Positions 18,335 through 28,415 of a stretch of DNA of 64,000 bases are shown piece by piece; position 1 is the stretch's first letter; each line of letters starts with the position of its first letter. Position numbers and translations under genes: made by a program. The notes under the pieces are model-generated. The model did not search any database, was not told where the DNA came from, and worked only from the letters and a program-made list of their open reading frames with translations. This DNA is from an uncultured Planctomycetota bacterium (GTDB taxonomy: Bacteria; Planctomycetota; PLA2; JAEUHO01): contig CAVVXN010000005.1 of NCBI GenBank assembly GCA_963752285.1, positions 2,080,001 through 2,144,000 on the forward strand. The letters run 5' to 3'.

Positions 18335-20200
18335 ATGCCTCCTCCTCCGGTCCCCGTCGAAGACCTCCTCCGGCACACGGGCTTCGTGCGGAGCCTCGCG
18401 CGCGGGGCGCTGGGGCGGGACGACGGGAGCGAGGACGTCGTCCAGGACGCCTGGGTCTCGGCCCTCGAGCACGGGCCCCGCTCGAAGGAGGCCGCGAAGA
18501 GCTGGCTCTTCCGAGTCGTGCGAAACCGCGTGACGAGCCTCGGGCGCCGCGAGCACGCGCGTCGCCGCTGGCTCGGGAGGGTCGCGGCTGGGGCGCCCGT
18601 CCCCTCGCCCGCCGAGATCCTGCTCCGCGAGGAGGCGCGCCAGCGGCTCGTCCAGGCGCTCCTCGCGCTCGACGCGATGTACCGCGAGCCGCTCGTGCTC
18701 CGCTACTACGAGGACCTCGACACGGCGGAGATCGGCCGGCGCCTCGGGATCCCGCGGGAGACCGTGAAGACGCGTCTTCGGCGCGCGATCGGAAAGCTGC
18801 GCGTCCTTCTCGACGAACGCTACGAGAGCCGGCGGGCCTGGGTCCTCGCGCTGCACCCGCTCGGACGCCTCCCCCGCGGCGGGTCCGCGGGCCCCGGAGC
18901 CCTCTCTCGGCCGGTCCCTGGGTGGGCGTGGGCCGGGCCGGCGCTCGCGGTGGTCGTCGGCGTGGGCGTCCTCGTCGTTCGTGCCGGCGCGCCGTCGCGC
19001 GTCGCGGCGTCGGGAGACGGCGCGTCCCGGATCCGGATCGCCGAGGAGGCGAGGCTCGTGGGCCACGCGCCCGCGAGCCCCGACGAGGCCGGGCGCGAGG
19101 CCGGGTGCGACGCGGGGGCTCTGGCGACGCAGAAGGAGCCGGCGCGGGTGTGCGTGGTGACGGTGCTGGACGCGCGGGGCGACCCCGTCTCCGGCGCGTC
19201 CGTGCGCGTGGTCGAACGGCGCGCCGAATTCTCGTTCGACCGCGACGCGGTCGTCGGCGAGACCGACGACGACGGTCGTCTCTCGATGCCGCGCACCGCG
19301 ACGCCCCCGGCCGCCCAGGGGGCGGGCGCGTCGTCGTTCGCCCTCGAGGTCACACATCCCCGGGACCGCCTGGACCTCCAGGACGTGGCGATCTCGCCCT
19401 GGCGGCCCGACGACGCGACGGTCGTGCTCCCGGCGGGCTTCGCGATCGACGGGGCGGTGGTGGACACGCGAGGCGACCCCGTCCCCGGCGCGACGGTCGC
19501 GCTCGTCTCGAACGGGCCCGTGCGTCGCTTCACGACGGACGCGGCGGGGCGGTTCCAGGCGGCGGGCCTCCCCCCCGGACACTGGCGCGCGCAGGTCTCG
19601 TGCGCCTTCGTCGGCGAGGCGGCGCCAGCGGGCGCGTGCTCTCTCGACACGGGCACGCGCGCGGCGCGGATCGTGCTCCCCGTCGGGCGGTCGATTCACG
19701 TCCGCATCCTGGGGATCGACCCGCGACTCCTCGCGAGCGGCGGTCCGCCCCTCCACGTCGCCGCGTTCGGCCGAGGCGGGGAGCGCGCGGCTTACGAGGG
19801 CGCCTTCCCGCTCGCGCGCGACGGGACGCTCTGGCTCTACGGCGTCGAGGCCGACCTCGAGTACGCCCTCTACTGGGGGCCGTCCGGCGACGGGGGCGCG
19901 GCCTACGCGCCCGCGGTCCGCCTGTCCGACCGCGAGGCGGTGCTCCGCGTGGCGCACGGCGGCGCCGTCTTCGTGAAGGTCGTCCGGCCTCCGGGCCCGT
20001 GGCCGACCGTGCGCGCGCGCGGACGGGGGTTCGAGGTGACGGGCCGGTGGTGCGGAGGGGACGAGTGCGTCGTAATCGGCCTGCCCGAGGCCGAGGTTTC
20101 GGTGGAGGGCGAGGGCCGCGACGAGCGCGGCCAGGAGGTGTCGGGCCGCGTGTGCGCACGGCCGGGCGAAGAGGCGACGTTGGTGCTCTCGACTCCGTGA
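18335..20200 (+). CDS. ECF sigma-70 factor with TM segment and C-terminal carboxypeptidase-regulatory-like extension
   Basis: EDVVQDAW, WLFRVVRN (region 2); LRYYEDLDTAEIGRRLGIPRETVKTRLRRA (region 4); TM; repeated VxDxxGxPVxGA. Confidence 0.88.
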   Translation: MPPPPVPVEDLLRHTGFVRSLARGALGRDDGSEDVVQDAWVSALEHGPRSKEAAKSWLFRVVRNRVTSLGRREHARRRWLGRVAAGAPVPSPAEILLREEARQRLVQALLALDAMYREPLVLRYYEDLDTAEIGRRLGIPRETVKTRLRRAIGKLRVLLDERYESRRAWVLALHPLGRLPRGGSAGPGALSRPVPGWAWAGPALAVVVGVGVLVVRAGAPSRVAASGDGASRIRIAEEARLVGHAPASPDEAGREAGCDAGALATQKEPARVCVVTVLDARGDPVSGASVRVVERRAEFSFDRDAVVGETDDDGRLSMPRTATPPAAQGAGASSFALEVTHPRDRLDLQDVAISPWRPDDATVVLPAGFAIDGAVVDTRGDPVPGATVALVSNGPVRRFTTDAAGRFQAAGLPPGHWRAQVSCAFVGEAAPAGACSLDTGTRAARIVLPVGRSIHVRILGIDPRLLASGGPPLHVAAFGRGGERAAYEGAFPLARDGTLWLYGVEADLEYALYWGPSGDGGAAYAPAVRLSDREAVLRVAHGGAVFVKVVRPPGPWPTVRARGRGFEVTGRWCGGDECVVIGLPEAEVSVEGEGRDERGQEVSGRVCARPGEEATLVLSTP

Positions 20201-20217
20201 GAGCGTGGGAGGTGGCG

Positions 20218-22059
20218 ATGCGTTCACGCACGATGACCCGAGCTCGGTGGGCGGTGCCCGCGCTCCTGGTGTGGGTGATGATCGGCGTGGGGCCCGGCGC
20301 GGGACGCGCGCTCGCGAAGGGCGACGCGTGGGCCGGGACCTGGGTGACCGACGAGGGGGCGCTGACGCTCCAACAGGACAAAAGGTCCGTGAAGGGAACC
20401 TACGGGCGCGGCGGCTCGGTGGAGGGCGAGGTCCACGGCACGAAGGTCGAGGGGACGTACCGGCTCCAGGGCGTCGAGGGACGCATCGAGTGGGAGATGG
20501 AGAAGGGCGGCCACGCGTTCAAGGGAACGTGGACGGAGCCGCAGGGGAGCAGCGGCGCCTGGCGCGGCTGGAAGCCGGACGAGGACGCGAAGACGAAGCC
20601 GAACGCGGACTTCGCGGGGACGTGGCTCACCTCGATCGGCATGTTCCGCCTCGAGAAGAAGGGCGCCGGCGTCGAGGGCCCGTGGGGCCAGGCGGCCCGG
20701 GCGACGATCCAGGGGAAGGCGAAGGGTCGTCGCCTCGAGGCGCACCTCGCGAAACCGACGTGGCAGGGCGACGTGTGGATCGAGATGACGCCCGACGGGA
20801 AGCGCATCTTCGGTCTCACCGACGAGAACCCGCCGGCGGCCGTGATCGGTCTCTCGGTGGACGACTTCGATCCGAGTCCCAAGCTCGAGGCGGGCAAGAT
20901 CGCACAGGGCGTCACCGGGAACGGGATGCTCTACTTCGCGCGACCGCCGACCGGGTGGAAGCGGGGAAAGCCCGTGGACGCGATCGTGCTGCTCCACGGC
21001 AGCAACTGGACCACCAAGGGCATGGTGTGGGTGACGGCCAAGAACTGGCCCGAGCTCGCGAAGCGCTACATGATCGTCGGCATCCAGGGCGACCAGTGGG
21101 CCTCGTGGAGCGAGGCCGACGACCTCCGCTTCAACTACGACTACGTGAACTGGATGGGGAAGAGCACGTACGAGGGCTACCCGTACACGGACCGCGCGAG
21201 CCCGACGTTCGTCGCCGACGCGATCACGGAGCTCGGGAAGGAGCTCGACTGGGGCCGCGTGTTCCTCGGCGGACACAGCCAGGGCGGGTTCATGAGCTAC
21301 CTCCTGCTCATGCACTACCCGGAGCGCCTCGCGGGCGTGTTCGCGGTGTCGGGCGGCCTGGTGATCCAGGCCGAGCCGGACGCGTTCGAGGACCAGAAGC
21401 TCCGGGCGGCCCAGCGCGCGACGCCCCTCGCGATCGTGCACGGGACGAAAGACAACGTCGTCCCGTTCGACACGGCCCTGTACATCCGGGACCGCTTCGA
21501 GGGCGCAGGGTTCCCCCTCACCACCCTGATCTCGCCGGGTCTCGGACACCCCTACGACTTCCTCCCGATCGACGACGCGATCGGCTTCCTCGACGCCATG
21601 AGCACGACCGACGCGGACGCGCTCGCGGCGTATGCGAACGAGGCGGCGGAGCGGGGCCGTTGGCACGACGTCGGCGCCGCCCTCGCGCGGGCGAAGACGA
21701 TCGGCGCCGACGCGAAGCTCGCCGCGGCGGCGCGTCGGTACGACGCGGAGGCCTCGAAGCAGGCCGAGCACTTCCTCGAGCGGTGGAAGAAGGGCGAGGG
21801 CGGCGCGTGGGTCGACGAGTTCTACGCGTGGAAGCTCGCGTTCGGCGGCGCGCCGGCGGCGGCCGAGGTCCTCGCGGCGTACCGGAAGCGCGAACACGTC
21901 GAGGGCCCGAAGGCCGACCAGCTCTTCGTGGCGGCACAGAAGGCGTTCCGATCGGGCGACCGGGACGCCGGCCGGGCCAAGTACGACGAGATCCTGGATC
22001 GCTGCTTCGCGAGCGGCCTGTACCCGATCGTGAAGCGCTGGGTCGCCGACATGAAGTGA
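20218..22059 (+). CDS. Secreted alpha/beta-hydrolase (esterase/peptidase) with duplicated N-terminal beta-rich domains
   Basis: GGAGG RBS, signal peptide, two AGTWxTxxG repeats, LLHG, nucleophile GHSQGG, HGTKDNVV, GLGH. Confidence 0.8.
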   Translation: MRSRTMTRARWAVPALLVWVMIGVGPGAGRALAKGDAWAGTWVTDEGALTLQQDKRSVKGTYGRGGSVEGEVHGTKVEGTYRLQGVEGRIEWEMEKGGHAFKGTWTEPQGSSGAWRGWKPDEDAKTKPNADFAGTWLTSIGMFRLEKKGAGVEGPWGQAARATIQGKAKGRRLEAHLAKPTWQGDVWIEMTPDGKRIFGLTDENPPAAVIGLSVDDFDPSPKLEAGKIAQGVTGNGMLYFARPPTGWKRGKPVDAIVLLHGSNWTTKGMVWVTAKNWPELAKRYMIVGIQGDQWASWSEADDLRFNYDYVNWMGKSTYEGYPYTDRASPTFVADAITELGKELDWGRVFLGGHSQGGFMSYLLLMHYPERLAGVFAVSGGLVIQAEPDAFEDQKLRAAQRATPLAIVHGTKDNVVPFDTALYIRDRFEGAGFPLTTLISPGLGHPYDFLPIDDAIGFLDAMSTTDADALAAYANEAAERGRWHDVGAALARAKTIGADAKLAAAARRYDAEASKQAEHFLERWKKGEGGAWVDEFYAWKLAFGGAPAAAEVLAAYRKREHVEGPKADQLFVAAQKAFRSGDRDAGRAKYDEILDRCFASGLYPIVKRWVADMK

Positions 22060-22101
22060 TCGCGCCGGCGCGCGCGTCCTTCGCACCCGTAGAATCGGCG
22101 C

Positions 22102-24366
22102 GTGCCGTCGCGCCGCTCCTCCCCACCGCTCTTCCCGGAGACGACCGACGGCGACGTGCTCGTCTCCGTCGCGCTCGACGTCCCGGTCGATCGTGTCTTC
22201 ACGTATCGCGTGTCCCCGGAGATGGCGCCGCGCGCGAAGGTCGGCCACCGCGCGGTCGTCCCCTTCCGCGGCCGCGCGCGCATCGGGTTCATCGTGGACG
22301 AACGTCCGGGGGGCGCGCCCGGGCGGCTCCTCGACGTCGCCGAGGTCCCCGACGAGGAGCCCGTCCTCTCCCCGAGCCTCCTTGGACTCGGCCGGTTCGT
22401 CGCGCGGTACTACGGGGGGTCGTACGGCGAGGCGTTGACCGCGATGATCCCGCGCGGCGTCCGGCGACGCGGCAAGGGCGCGGCGCGGCGGCGCGTCCGG
22501 CTCGCGCCCGGCGCCCCCCCGCCGACGATCGACGCCGAAGAGCCCTCGCCCGGACCGCGCACGCGCGTGCTCCGGCTCCTGCTCCGACACCCCGAGGGCT
22601 TCCTCCTCGCCGACCTGTGCCGACGCGCACGCACCTCCGCCAGCCCGATCCGGACCCTCGCACGTCGCGGCGCCGTGGTCGTCGAGAAGGAGCGGGGCGT
22701 GGACGACGCCCTGATGGAGGCCGCGCGCGCCCCCGCCGAGCGCGAGACGCCCCCCGAGCCGACCCCCGAGCAGGCCGCGGCGATCCGCCGCGTGGTCGGC
22801 GCGGTCGAGGCCGAGGTCTTCGCGCCGTTCCTGCTCCTCGGCGTCACGGGGTCGGGCAAGACCGAGGTGTACCTCCGCGGCATCGAGGCCGCGATCGGCC
22901 TCGGCCGACAAGCGATCGTGCTCGTGCCCGAGATCGCCCTGACGCCCCAGACGGTCAAGCGCTTTCGCGCGCGCTTCGACCGCGTCGCCGTTCTCCACTC
23001 CGGGCTGACCGACGCGGATCGCGCGCGCGCCTGGATGCGGATCCGGCGCGGCGAGGCGGACGTGGTGATCGGCCCGCGGAGCGCCGTGTTCGCGCCCGTG
23101 CCGCGCCTCGGCCTGATCGTCGTGGACGAGGAGCACGAGAGCTCGTTCAAGCAGCAGAACGCCCCGCGGTACCACGCGCGCGACGTCGGGCTCGTGCGCG
23201 CGAGGGACGCCGGCGCGACCGTCGTCCTCGGCAGCGCGACGCCGGCGCTCGAGTCGTGGCGGCACGCCCAGTCCGGGCGGTACGGCCTGCTCCGGTTGCC
23301 CGAGCGCATTGGCGGACGACCGCTGCCGACCGTGACGATCGTGGACGCGCGCGGGAACGACGAGCGGCCGCCCGCGGGTCGCCATCTCGGCCGGACGCTT
23401 CGCGTACGTCTCCAGGAGACGCTCCGCGACGGCGGACAGGCGATCCTGCTCCAGAACCGGCGCGGGTTCGCGACGAGCGTCGCGTGCCCCCGGTGCGGCT
23501 GGGTGATGCGATGCGATCACTGCGACGTCTCGCTCACGTACCACCAAGACGACCAGATCGCCCTCTGCCACCTCTGCGGGCACGAGCGCCGCCCCCCGCG
23601 CGCGTGCCCCGACTGCGCGATGCCGATGCTGAGGCTCCGCGGCGTGGGCACGCAGACGGTGGAGTCGGAGGTGCTGGAGGTGCTCCCCGAGGCCCGGGTC
23701 GCGCGCATGGACTCCGACGCGATGGCGACCCGCGAGGCCTACGAGCGCGTGCTCGGCCGCTTCGAGCGCGGCGAGGTGGACGTGCTCGTCGGGACGCAGA
23801 TGATCGCGAAGGGTCTCCACTTCCCCCGCGTGACGCTGGTGGGCATCGTCTCGGCCGACACGTCGCTCGTCCTGCCGGACTTCCGGAGCGCCGAGCGGAC
23901 CTTCGCGCTGGTCGCGCAGGTGGCCGGCCGCGCGGGCCGAGGCGACGCGCCGGGCCGCGTGGTCGTCCAGACGACCCTGCCCGACCACGCGGCGATCCGA
24001 CTCGCGGCGCACCACGACTACGAGCGCTTCGCCGAGTCCGAGCTCGAGGACCGCCGCCGACACCGCTACCCGCCGTTTTGCCGGCTCTTGCGCGTGCTCG
24101 TGCGCGGTCCCACGCCCGAGCCGGTCTCGGAACGCGCGGCTGAGGTCGCGCGCCGCCTCGTGGCGTCCGCCGGGGAGGGCGTCCAGGTGCTCGGGCCCGC
24201 CGTGCCGAGCGTCGCGCGCGTGAAGGCGCGTTACCGCGAGCACGTGCTCGTGAAGGCGGGCCGCGCGAGCGAGATCGGCGCCGCGCTCGACGTGCTCCGG
24301 AAGGCTCCGCGGCCGGCGCGCGGCGTGGAGGAGCTCTGGGACGTCGATCCCCTCTCCCTCCTCTAG
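22102..24366 (+). CDS. priA: Primosomal protein N'
   Basis: GVTGSGKTEVY, VPEIALTPQ, DEEHE, SATP, four CxxC pairs, GTQMIAKG, QVAGRAGR, YPPF. Confidence 0.97.
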   Translation: MPSRRSSPPLFPETTDGDVLVSVALDVPVDRVFTYRVSPEMAPRAKVGHRAVVPFRGRARIGFIVDERPGGAPGRLLDVAEVPDEEPVLSPSLLGLGRFVARYYGGSYGEALTAMIPRGVRRRGKGAARRRVRLAPGAPPPTIDAEEPSPGPRTRVLRLLLRHPEGFLLADLCRRARTSASPIRTLARRGAVVVEKERGVDDALMEAARAPAERETPPEPTPEQAAAIRRVVGAVEAEVFAPFLLLGVTGSGKTEVYLRGIEAAIGLGRQAIVLVPEIALTPQTVKRFRARFDRVAVLHSGLTDADRARAWMRIRRGEADVVIGPRSAVFAPVPRLGLIVVDEEHESSFKQQNAPRYHARDVGLVRARDAGATVVLGSATPALESWRHAQSGRYGLLRLPERIGGRPLPTVTIVDARGNDERPPAGRHLGRTLRVRLQETLRDGGQAILLQNRRGFATSVACPRCGWVMRCDHCDVSLTYHQDDQIALCHLCGHERRPPRACPDCAMPMLRLRGVGTQTVESEVLEVLPEARVARMDSDAMATREAYERVLGRFERGEVDVLVGTQMIAKGLHFPRVTLVGIVSADTSLVLPDFRSAERTFALVAQVAGRAGRGDAPGRVVVQTTLPDHAAIRLAAHHDYERFAESELEDRRRHRYPPFCRLLRVLVRGPTPEPVSERAAEVARRLVASAGEGVQVLGPAVPSVARVKARYREHVLVKAGRASEIGAALDVLRKAPRPARGVEELWDVDPLSLL

Positions 24367-24412
24367 ATGGGACGACCCATGAGCCGTCGGGAGCCGGGCG
24401 GGAACGCGCCCC

Positions 24413-25612
24413 TCAGCGGTCGGCCGGGTACCCGGACACGGTGGCCGAGGGCGCCACCGGACCGGAGACGCCGGCCGGGGCGGGGATCACGGTCGGCGGG
24501 GGCGTTCCCGAGCCCCCGGTCGTCGGGGCGGAGGGGCCGCGGGCGGGCGGCGTGCGCGGGGGCGCCGCGCCCCCCGCCGGGGAGGTGGCGCCGGCGCTCG
24601 CACGCGTTCCGGGATTCCCCACCCCCAGGTAGCGCTCGTCCACCGGCCAGCCTCGCTCCTGTCGCAGCGCGTCGTACCAGGCGTACCACGCCTCCGTGCT
24701 CGTCCCGAGCCGCGCCTTCTCGTCCTCGGAGAGCGACGTCCCGCGGATCTTGCCGCCGTACGAGGCGAGGAGCTCGCGGACGACGAGCTTCGACTCGTCG
24801 GGCGAGTCACCGAGCAGCCGCACCACCTCGGGGAAGCCCCGCGGGTCCGCGACGCGCTCGAGCCCCGCGGCGGCGGCGAGGCGGATCCGCGGGTACTCGT
24901 CCTTCATGAGGATCATGAGGAGGTCGTAGGCGCCGGGGCGGCGAAGCTCGCCCAGGGCCTTCGCCACGTGGAGGCGCACGTAGGGGTCCCGGTCCGCGAC
25001 GACGCCCGAGAGCGTCTGGGCCACCTGGCGCTCGGTCGCGTCGTCCACGCCTTGCGGCGTCTTCCGCCGCGCCTCGAGCACGTTCGCGATGGCGAGGGGC
25101 GCGTACCGCCGCGGCTCGGGCGCGCTCGACGCGACCTGCTGGAGCACGGGCAGGATCGGCGTCGCCGGGTCGGCCCGGAGCTTCAACGCGATCAGGATGT
25201 TGCCGCGGAGCTTCGGGTCGGCCTCCGTCAGGTGGTCCACGAGCAGCTTCGTCGCCTCGGGGCGCGTCGTGAAGCCGAGCGCGCTGGCCGCGAGGTACTG
25301 GAGCTGGAGACCACGCCCGCCCGCCGCGGCCGCCGCGAAGTCGGCGTAGCCCTCGTCCACCTCCCTTCGGACCTGATCGAAGATCGCCTGCGCCTTGTCC
25401 TCCTGGCCGGACGCCTGCGCGACGTCCCACTGCGAGATGAGCATGTCCACCTTGCGGAAGCGGAGCGAGGCGGGGTCGGTCGAGAGGAGCGGGCTCGGCG
25501 AGATCGCCTGCGCGGACGGCGTCGGCCGAGCGGGACCCTTGGGCGTCTGCCGGCAGGCGGCGAGCGCGGCGCCGAGGACGAGGGCGAGGGCGAGGTTCGA
25601 CCTGGCTGTCAT
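24413..25612 (-). CDS. HEAT-repeat lipoprotein
   Basis: Lipobox LAAC, repeated DxxxxVRxxAAxALG motifs, Pro-rich tail. ATGA overlap with the thioesterase gene. Confidence 0.8.
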   Translation of the reverse strand: MTARSNLALALVLGAALAACRQTPKGPARPTPSAQAISPSPLLSTDPASLRFRKVDMLISQWDVAQASGQEDKAQAIFDQVRREVDEGYADFAAAAAGGRGLQLQYLAASALGFTTRPEATKLLVDHLTEADPKLRGNILIALKLRADPATPILPVLQQVASSAPEPRRYAPLAIANVLEARRKTPQGVDDATERQVAQTLSGVVADRDPYVRLHVAKALGELRRPGAYDLLMILMKDEYPRIRLAAAAGLERVADPRGFPEVVRLLGDSPDESKLVVRELLASYGGKIRGTSLSEDEKARLGTSTEAWYAWYDALRQERGWPVDERYLGVGNPGTRASAGATSPAGGAAPPRTPPARGPSAPTTGGSGTPPPTVIPAPAGVSGPVAPSATVSGYPADR

Positions 25613-26112
25613 GAGACGTCCCCCCGGGGCGATGCTTGGACCCCCACCGGGCCCCCGTTCTTCCCGCCCGCGGTCTCTGGCGGGCTCTGCGGCGGGCTCC
25701 CCGCCGGTCCCCGCACCCGCTCGAGGAACGCCGCCGGAGGCCGGCGGGGTCGGCCGTGTCGGTCGGCCGAGGCGAGGACCGTGAAACCCGTGGCGAGGAG
25801 TTCCTCGTCCCGCAAGACCTCGTACTCGAACCGCATCCGGACGCCCTTCGCCTGGGCGATCCGCGTCCGGACCGTGAGCAGGTCGTCGTACCGGGCGGGC
25901 GCGAGGTAGCGGGCCCCGGTCTCCACGACGAGGAGGAGGACCCCCTCCTCCTCGAGCGAGCGGTAGCTGCCGCCGAGGGCCCGGAGGTACTCGGTCCGGC
26001 CCTGCTCGAAGTAGACGAGGTAGTTGGCGTGGTAGGCGACCCCCATACGGTCCACCTCGCCGTAGCGGACACGGAGGCGGGTCTCGTTCACGAGGTCGGC
26101 GCGGGGGGCCAT
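25609..26112 (-). CDS. Acyl-CoA thioesterase (YbgC/4HBT family)
   Basis: RVRYGEVDRMGVAYHANYLVYFEQGRT, YLAPARYDD. Confidence 0.9.
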   Translation of the reverse strand: MAPRADLVNETRLRVRYGEVDRMGVAYHANYLVYFEQGRTEYLRALGGSYRSLEEEGVLLLVVETGARYLAPARYDDLLTVRTRIAQAKGVRMRFEYEVLRDEELLATGFTVLASADRHGRPRRPPAAFLERVRGPAGSPPQSPPETAGGKNGGPVGVQASPRGDVS

Positions 26113-26168
26113 CGGGCCCGATTATCGAGAGGGGCGGCCCCCCGCGGTGGATATTCTGCGGGGCCGCG

Positions 26169-26990
26169 ATGGAGATCCCCGCCCGAGACCCCGAGGAGGA
26201 GGCGCAGGCGGAGGTCGAGCCCCGGGAGCCGAGCCCGCCGCAGGCGCCCCGTCCGCTGCTCGCCGCCGTCCTGGGCCTCGTCGTTCCCGGCCTTGGCCAG
26301 GCGTACGTCGGCCGGCCGCGAAAGGGTCTGCTCTTCTTCCTCGCGATCCTCGCCCCGTTCGCGCTCGGATGGGCCCTCACGGACTTCGCGGTGGTCGATC
26401 CGGGCACCTACCCGTACGACTTCCTCGCCCAGGTGCTCCTCGGGCTCCCGACGGCCGCGGCGATCGCGCTCTCGCGCGGCCACGTCCTCGACCACCTCCC
26501 GCGATGGTTCGACGTCGGCCGCCTCTACGTGCAGGTCGCCGGCCTCCTCAACCTGATCGCCGTCCTCGACGCGGTCGGGGAGTCGATCGGCCTCGAGCGG
26601 CAGGCACGAGAGTGGCACCTCGCGCGGGCGGACCGGCTCCGGGCCCGGGAGCGAGCGCGGGTGGAAGCCCTCGAGGCGGAGGCGCTCCGGCGCCGGGAGG
26701 CGGAGTCGGACGGCGGGGACGTGCCGCCCGAGCCCGGGGCGAACGGTGAGGGCGTTCCCGACGGGGCCCTCGAGGCGACTCCGTCCGCGCCGACGGGCCC
26801 GGCGCCCGAGGGGCCGCCGTCGCCCGAGAGCCCGGCGCCCGCGAGCGCGGCGCCCGACAGCCCGGCCCCCGAGTGCGCGGCGCCGGAGGGCCCCGCGCCG
26901 GATCCCGTCGCGCCAGAGGCGCCTCCCCCCCTCGAGCTGCCGCGCTCCGAGGAGGGCCTCCCGCGCCGTCCGTGGGAGGAGGGCTCGTGA
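26169..26990 (+). CDS. Membrane protein (DUF6677-like) with Pro-rich disordered tail
   Basis: PGLGQAYVGR..KG, GRLYVQVAGLLNL..VLDA, imperfect APxxP repeats. Confidence 0.7.
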   Translation: MEIPARDPEEEAQAEVEPREPSPPQAPRPLLAAVLGLVVPGLGQAYVGRPRKGLLFFLAILAPFALGWALTDFAVVDPGTYPYDFLAQVLLGLPTAAAIALSRGHVLDHLPRWFDVGRLYVQVAGLLNLIAVLDAVGESIGLERQAREWHLARADRLRARERARVEALEAEALRRREAESDGGDVPPEPGANGEGVPDGALEATPSAPTGPAPEGPPSPESPAPASAAPDSPAPECAAPEGPAPDPVAPEAPPPLELPRSEEGLPRRPWEEGS

Positions 26991-27169
26991 CCTGGCTCGA
27001 TCTCGTATGGTTCCCGCCGCTCATGCTCGCCGTGTCGGCCGTCGTCGGCGGCGCGGGACGCGCGGCGGGCGAGGTGGCCGGGCAGGTCCGGCGGACGTTC
27101 GTCGCGTTCACGGCCGGCGTGATCGTGGTGGCGTTGGTCGTGCGCGCGGTCGTCCTGCTCTTCGCCTAG
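26987..27169 (+). CDS. Small two-TM membrane protein (60 aa)
   Basis: GGAGG RBS, GTGA overlap with the upstream stop, two hydrophobic helices. Confidence 0.6.
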   Translation: MTWLDLVWFPPLMLAVSAVVGGAGRAAGEVAGQVRRTFVAFTAGVIVVALVVRAVVLLFA

Positions 27170-27186
27170 ACGCGCGCCGGGACGGA

Positions 27187-28290
27187 TCAGACCCTCCGCA
27201 CGCCGAGGCCGGGGACGCGGGCGAGGTACCCGTCGAGCTCGAGCTCGGCCACGCCCACCGCGACGTCGGTCGGACCGAGGCCGGTCCGGCGACAGAGCTC
27301 CTCCAGGCCCACGGTCTCGGCCTCCTCGACGGCGGTCCACACGCGGAGCGCCGGGCCCGGCGGCGGGGGCTCGCGGGCGGGGATCGCGGCGTCGGGCCCG
27401 CCCGGCTCGCCGATCCCGAGCGCGCGGAGGACGTCGCCGGGCCCCTCGCAGAGCCCCGCGGCGCCGCGCTTGAGGAGGCCGTGCGAGCCGCGGAAACCGT
27501 CCACCCCCACCGGCCCGGGCACGGCGAGGACCTCGCGGCCGAGGTCCAGGGCCAGGCCCGCCGTCAGCAGCGCACCGCTCCGATGGGGCGCCTCGACGAC
27601 CACGACCACCTGCGAGAGGGCCGCGACGAGGCGGTTCCGGCGCGGGAAGAAGCCCGGCCGCGGCGCGGTGCCCGGCGGGTGCTCCGAGAGGAGGCCGCCG
27701 CGGTCGAGCATCTCCTCCTTCAGGGCCTGGTGTTCGATGGGATACGGCACGTCGATCGCGCAGCCGAGCACGCCCAGCGTGCCCCCCGCGCCGCCGACCA
27801 GCGCGCCGCGGTGCGCCGCGGCGTCGATCCCCAGGGCGAGCCCGCTCACGACGAACACGCCGCGCGCGGCGAGAGAGCGGGCGAGGTGGGTCGCGACGCG
27901 CTGTCCGTACGCGCCCGCGGCTCGCGTTCCCACGATCGCCACCGCGGGAACGCCCTTCGGTGGCAGCCGCCCCCGCGCGAACAGGGCCAGCGGCGGGTCG
28001 GCGAGGGCCGCGAGAGGCTCGGGCCAGTCCTCGTCGGACGGGACGAGCACGCGCTGGCCGAGCGCCTCGGCCTCGTCGAGCACCCGCCGGGGTCTCGTCG
28101 CCGCGAGCGCGCGGTGGACGGCCTCGCCGCGCCGGAGCCCGAGCGCGCGGACGATCGCCGCGCGCGGCGCGTGTGCGGCCGGGACGACGCCGCCGAGCGC
28201 GTCCCCGAGTCGCCGGGCGGTCCGAGGGCCGACCCCGTCCGCGAGCGCGAGCCGAAGCCACGCGAGACGGGGGTCCGGACCGGGGGCCAT
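27187..28290 (-). CDS. dprA: DNA-processing protein DprA
   Basis: DPPLALFARG, VAIVGTR, VSGLALGIDAAAH, FPRRNRLV, VEA..RSGAL.TA, AVPG, C-terminal winged helix. Confidence 0.96.
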   Translation of the reverse strand: MAPGPDPRLAWLRLALADGVGPRTARRLGDALGGVVPAAHAPRAAIVRALGLRRGEAVHRALAATRPRRVLDEAEALGQRVLVPSDEDWPEPLAALADPPLALFARGRLPPKGVPAVAIVGTRAAGAYGQRVATHLARSLAARGVFVVSGLALGIDAAAHRGALVGGAGGTLGVLGCAIDVPYPIEHQALKEEMLDRGGLLSEHPPGTAPRPGFFPRRNRLVAALSQVVVVVEAPHRSGALLTAGLALDLGREVLAVPGPVGVDGFRGSHGLLKRGAAGLCEGPGDVLRALGIGEPGGPDAAIPAREPPPPGPALRVWTAVEEAETVGLEELCRRTGLGPTDVAVGVAELELDGYLARVPGLGVRRV

Positions 28291-28333
28291 GGACGACCAT
28301 CGCGCGGCGAACCGTGGCGGTCACGTCCGGGGC

Positions 28334-28372
28334 AAAGAAAGAGAGGCCGCGACCCGGGGGTCGCGGCCTCTC
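28334..28372 (-). terminator. Intrinsic terminator of the pilin gene
   Basis: Perfect 14-bp stem gagaggccgcgacc/ggtcgcggcctctc with a 4-nt loop, followed by UUUCUUU on the minus strand. Confidence 0.85.
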
Positions 28373-28415
28373 GAGAGCGCCCCGAGGGACGCCCAGAGAT
28401 CGTGGAACGAGGTCG

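Noticed and set aside
20224..24243. Long overlapping ORFs (1339 aa minus, 1312 aa plus) and similar Arg/Pro/Gly-rich ORFs throughout the window
   Set aside because: These are alternative-frame artefacts overlapping genes with clear family motifs.
26780..26930. Repeat element in the DUF6677-like gene tail
   Set aside because: These are imperfect in-frame APxxP codon repeats of a disordered linker, which is ordinary low complexity.
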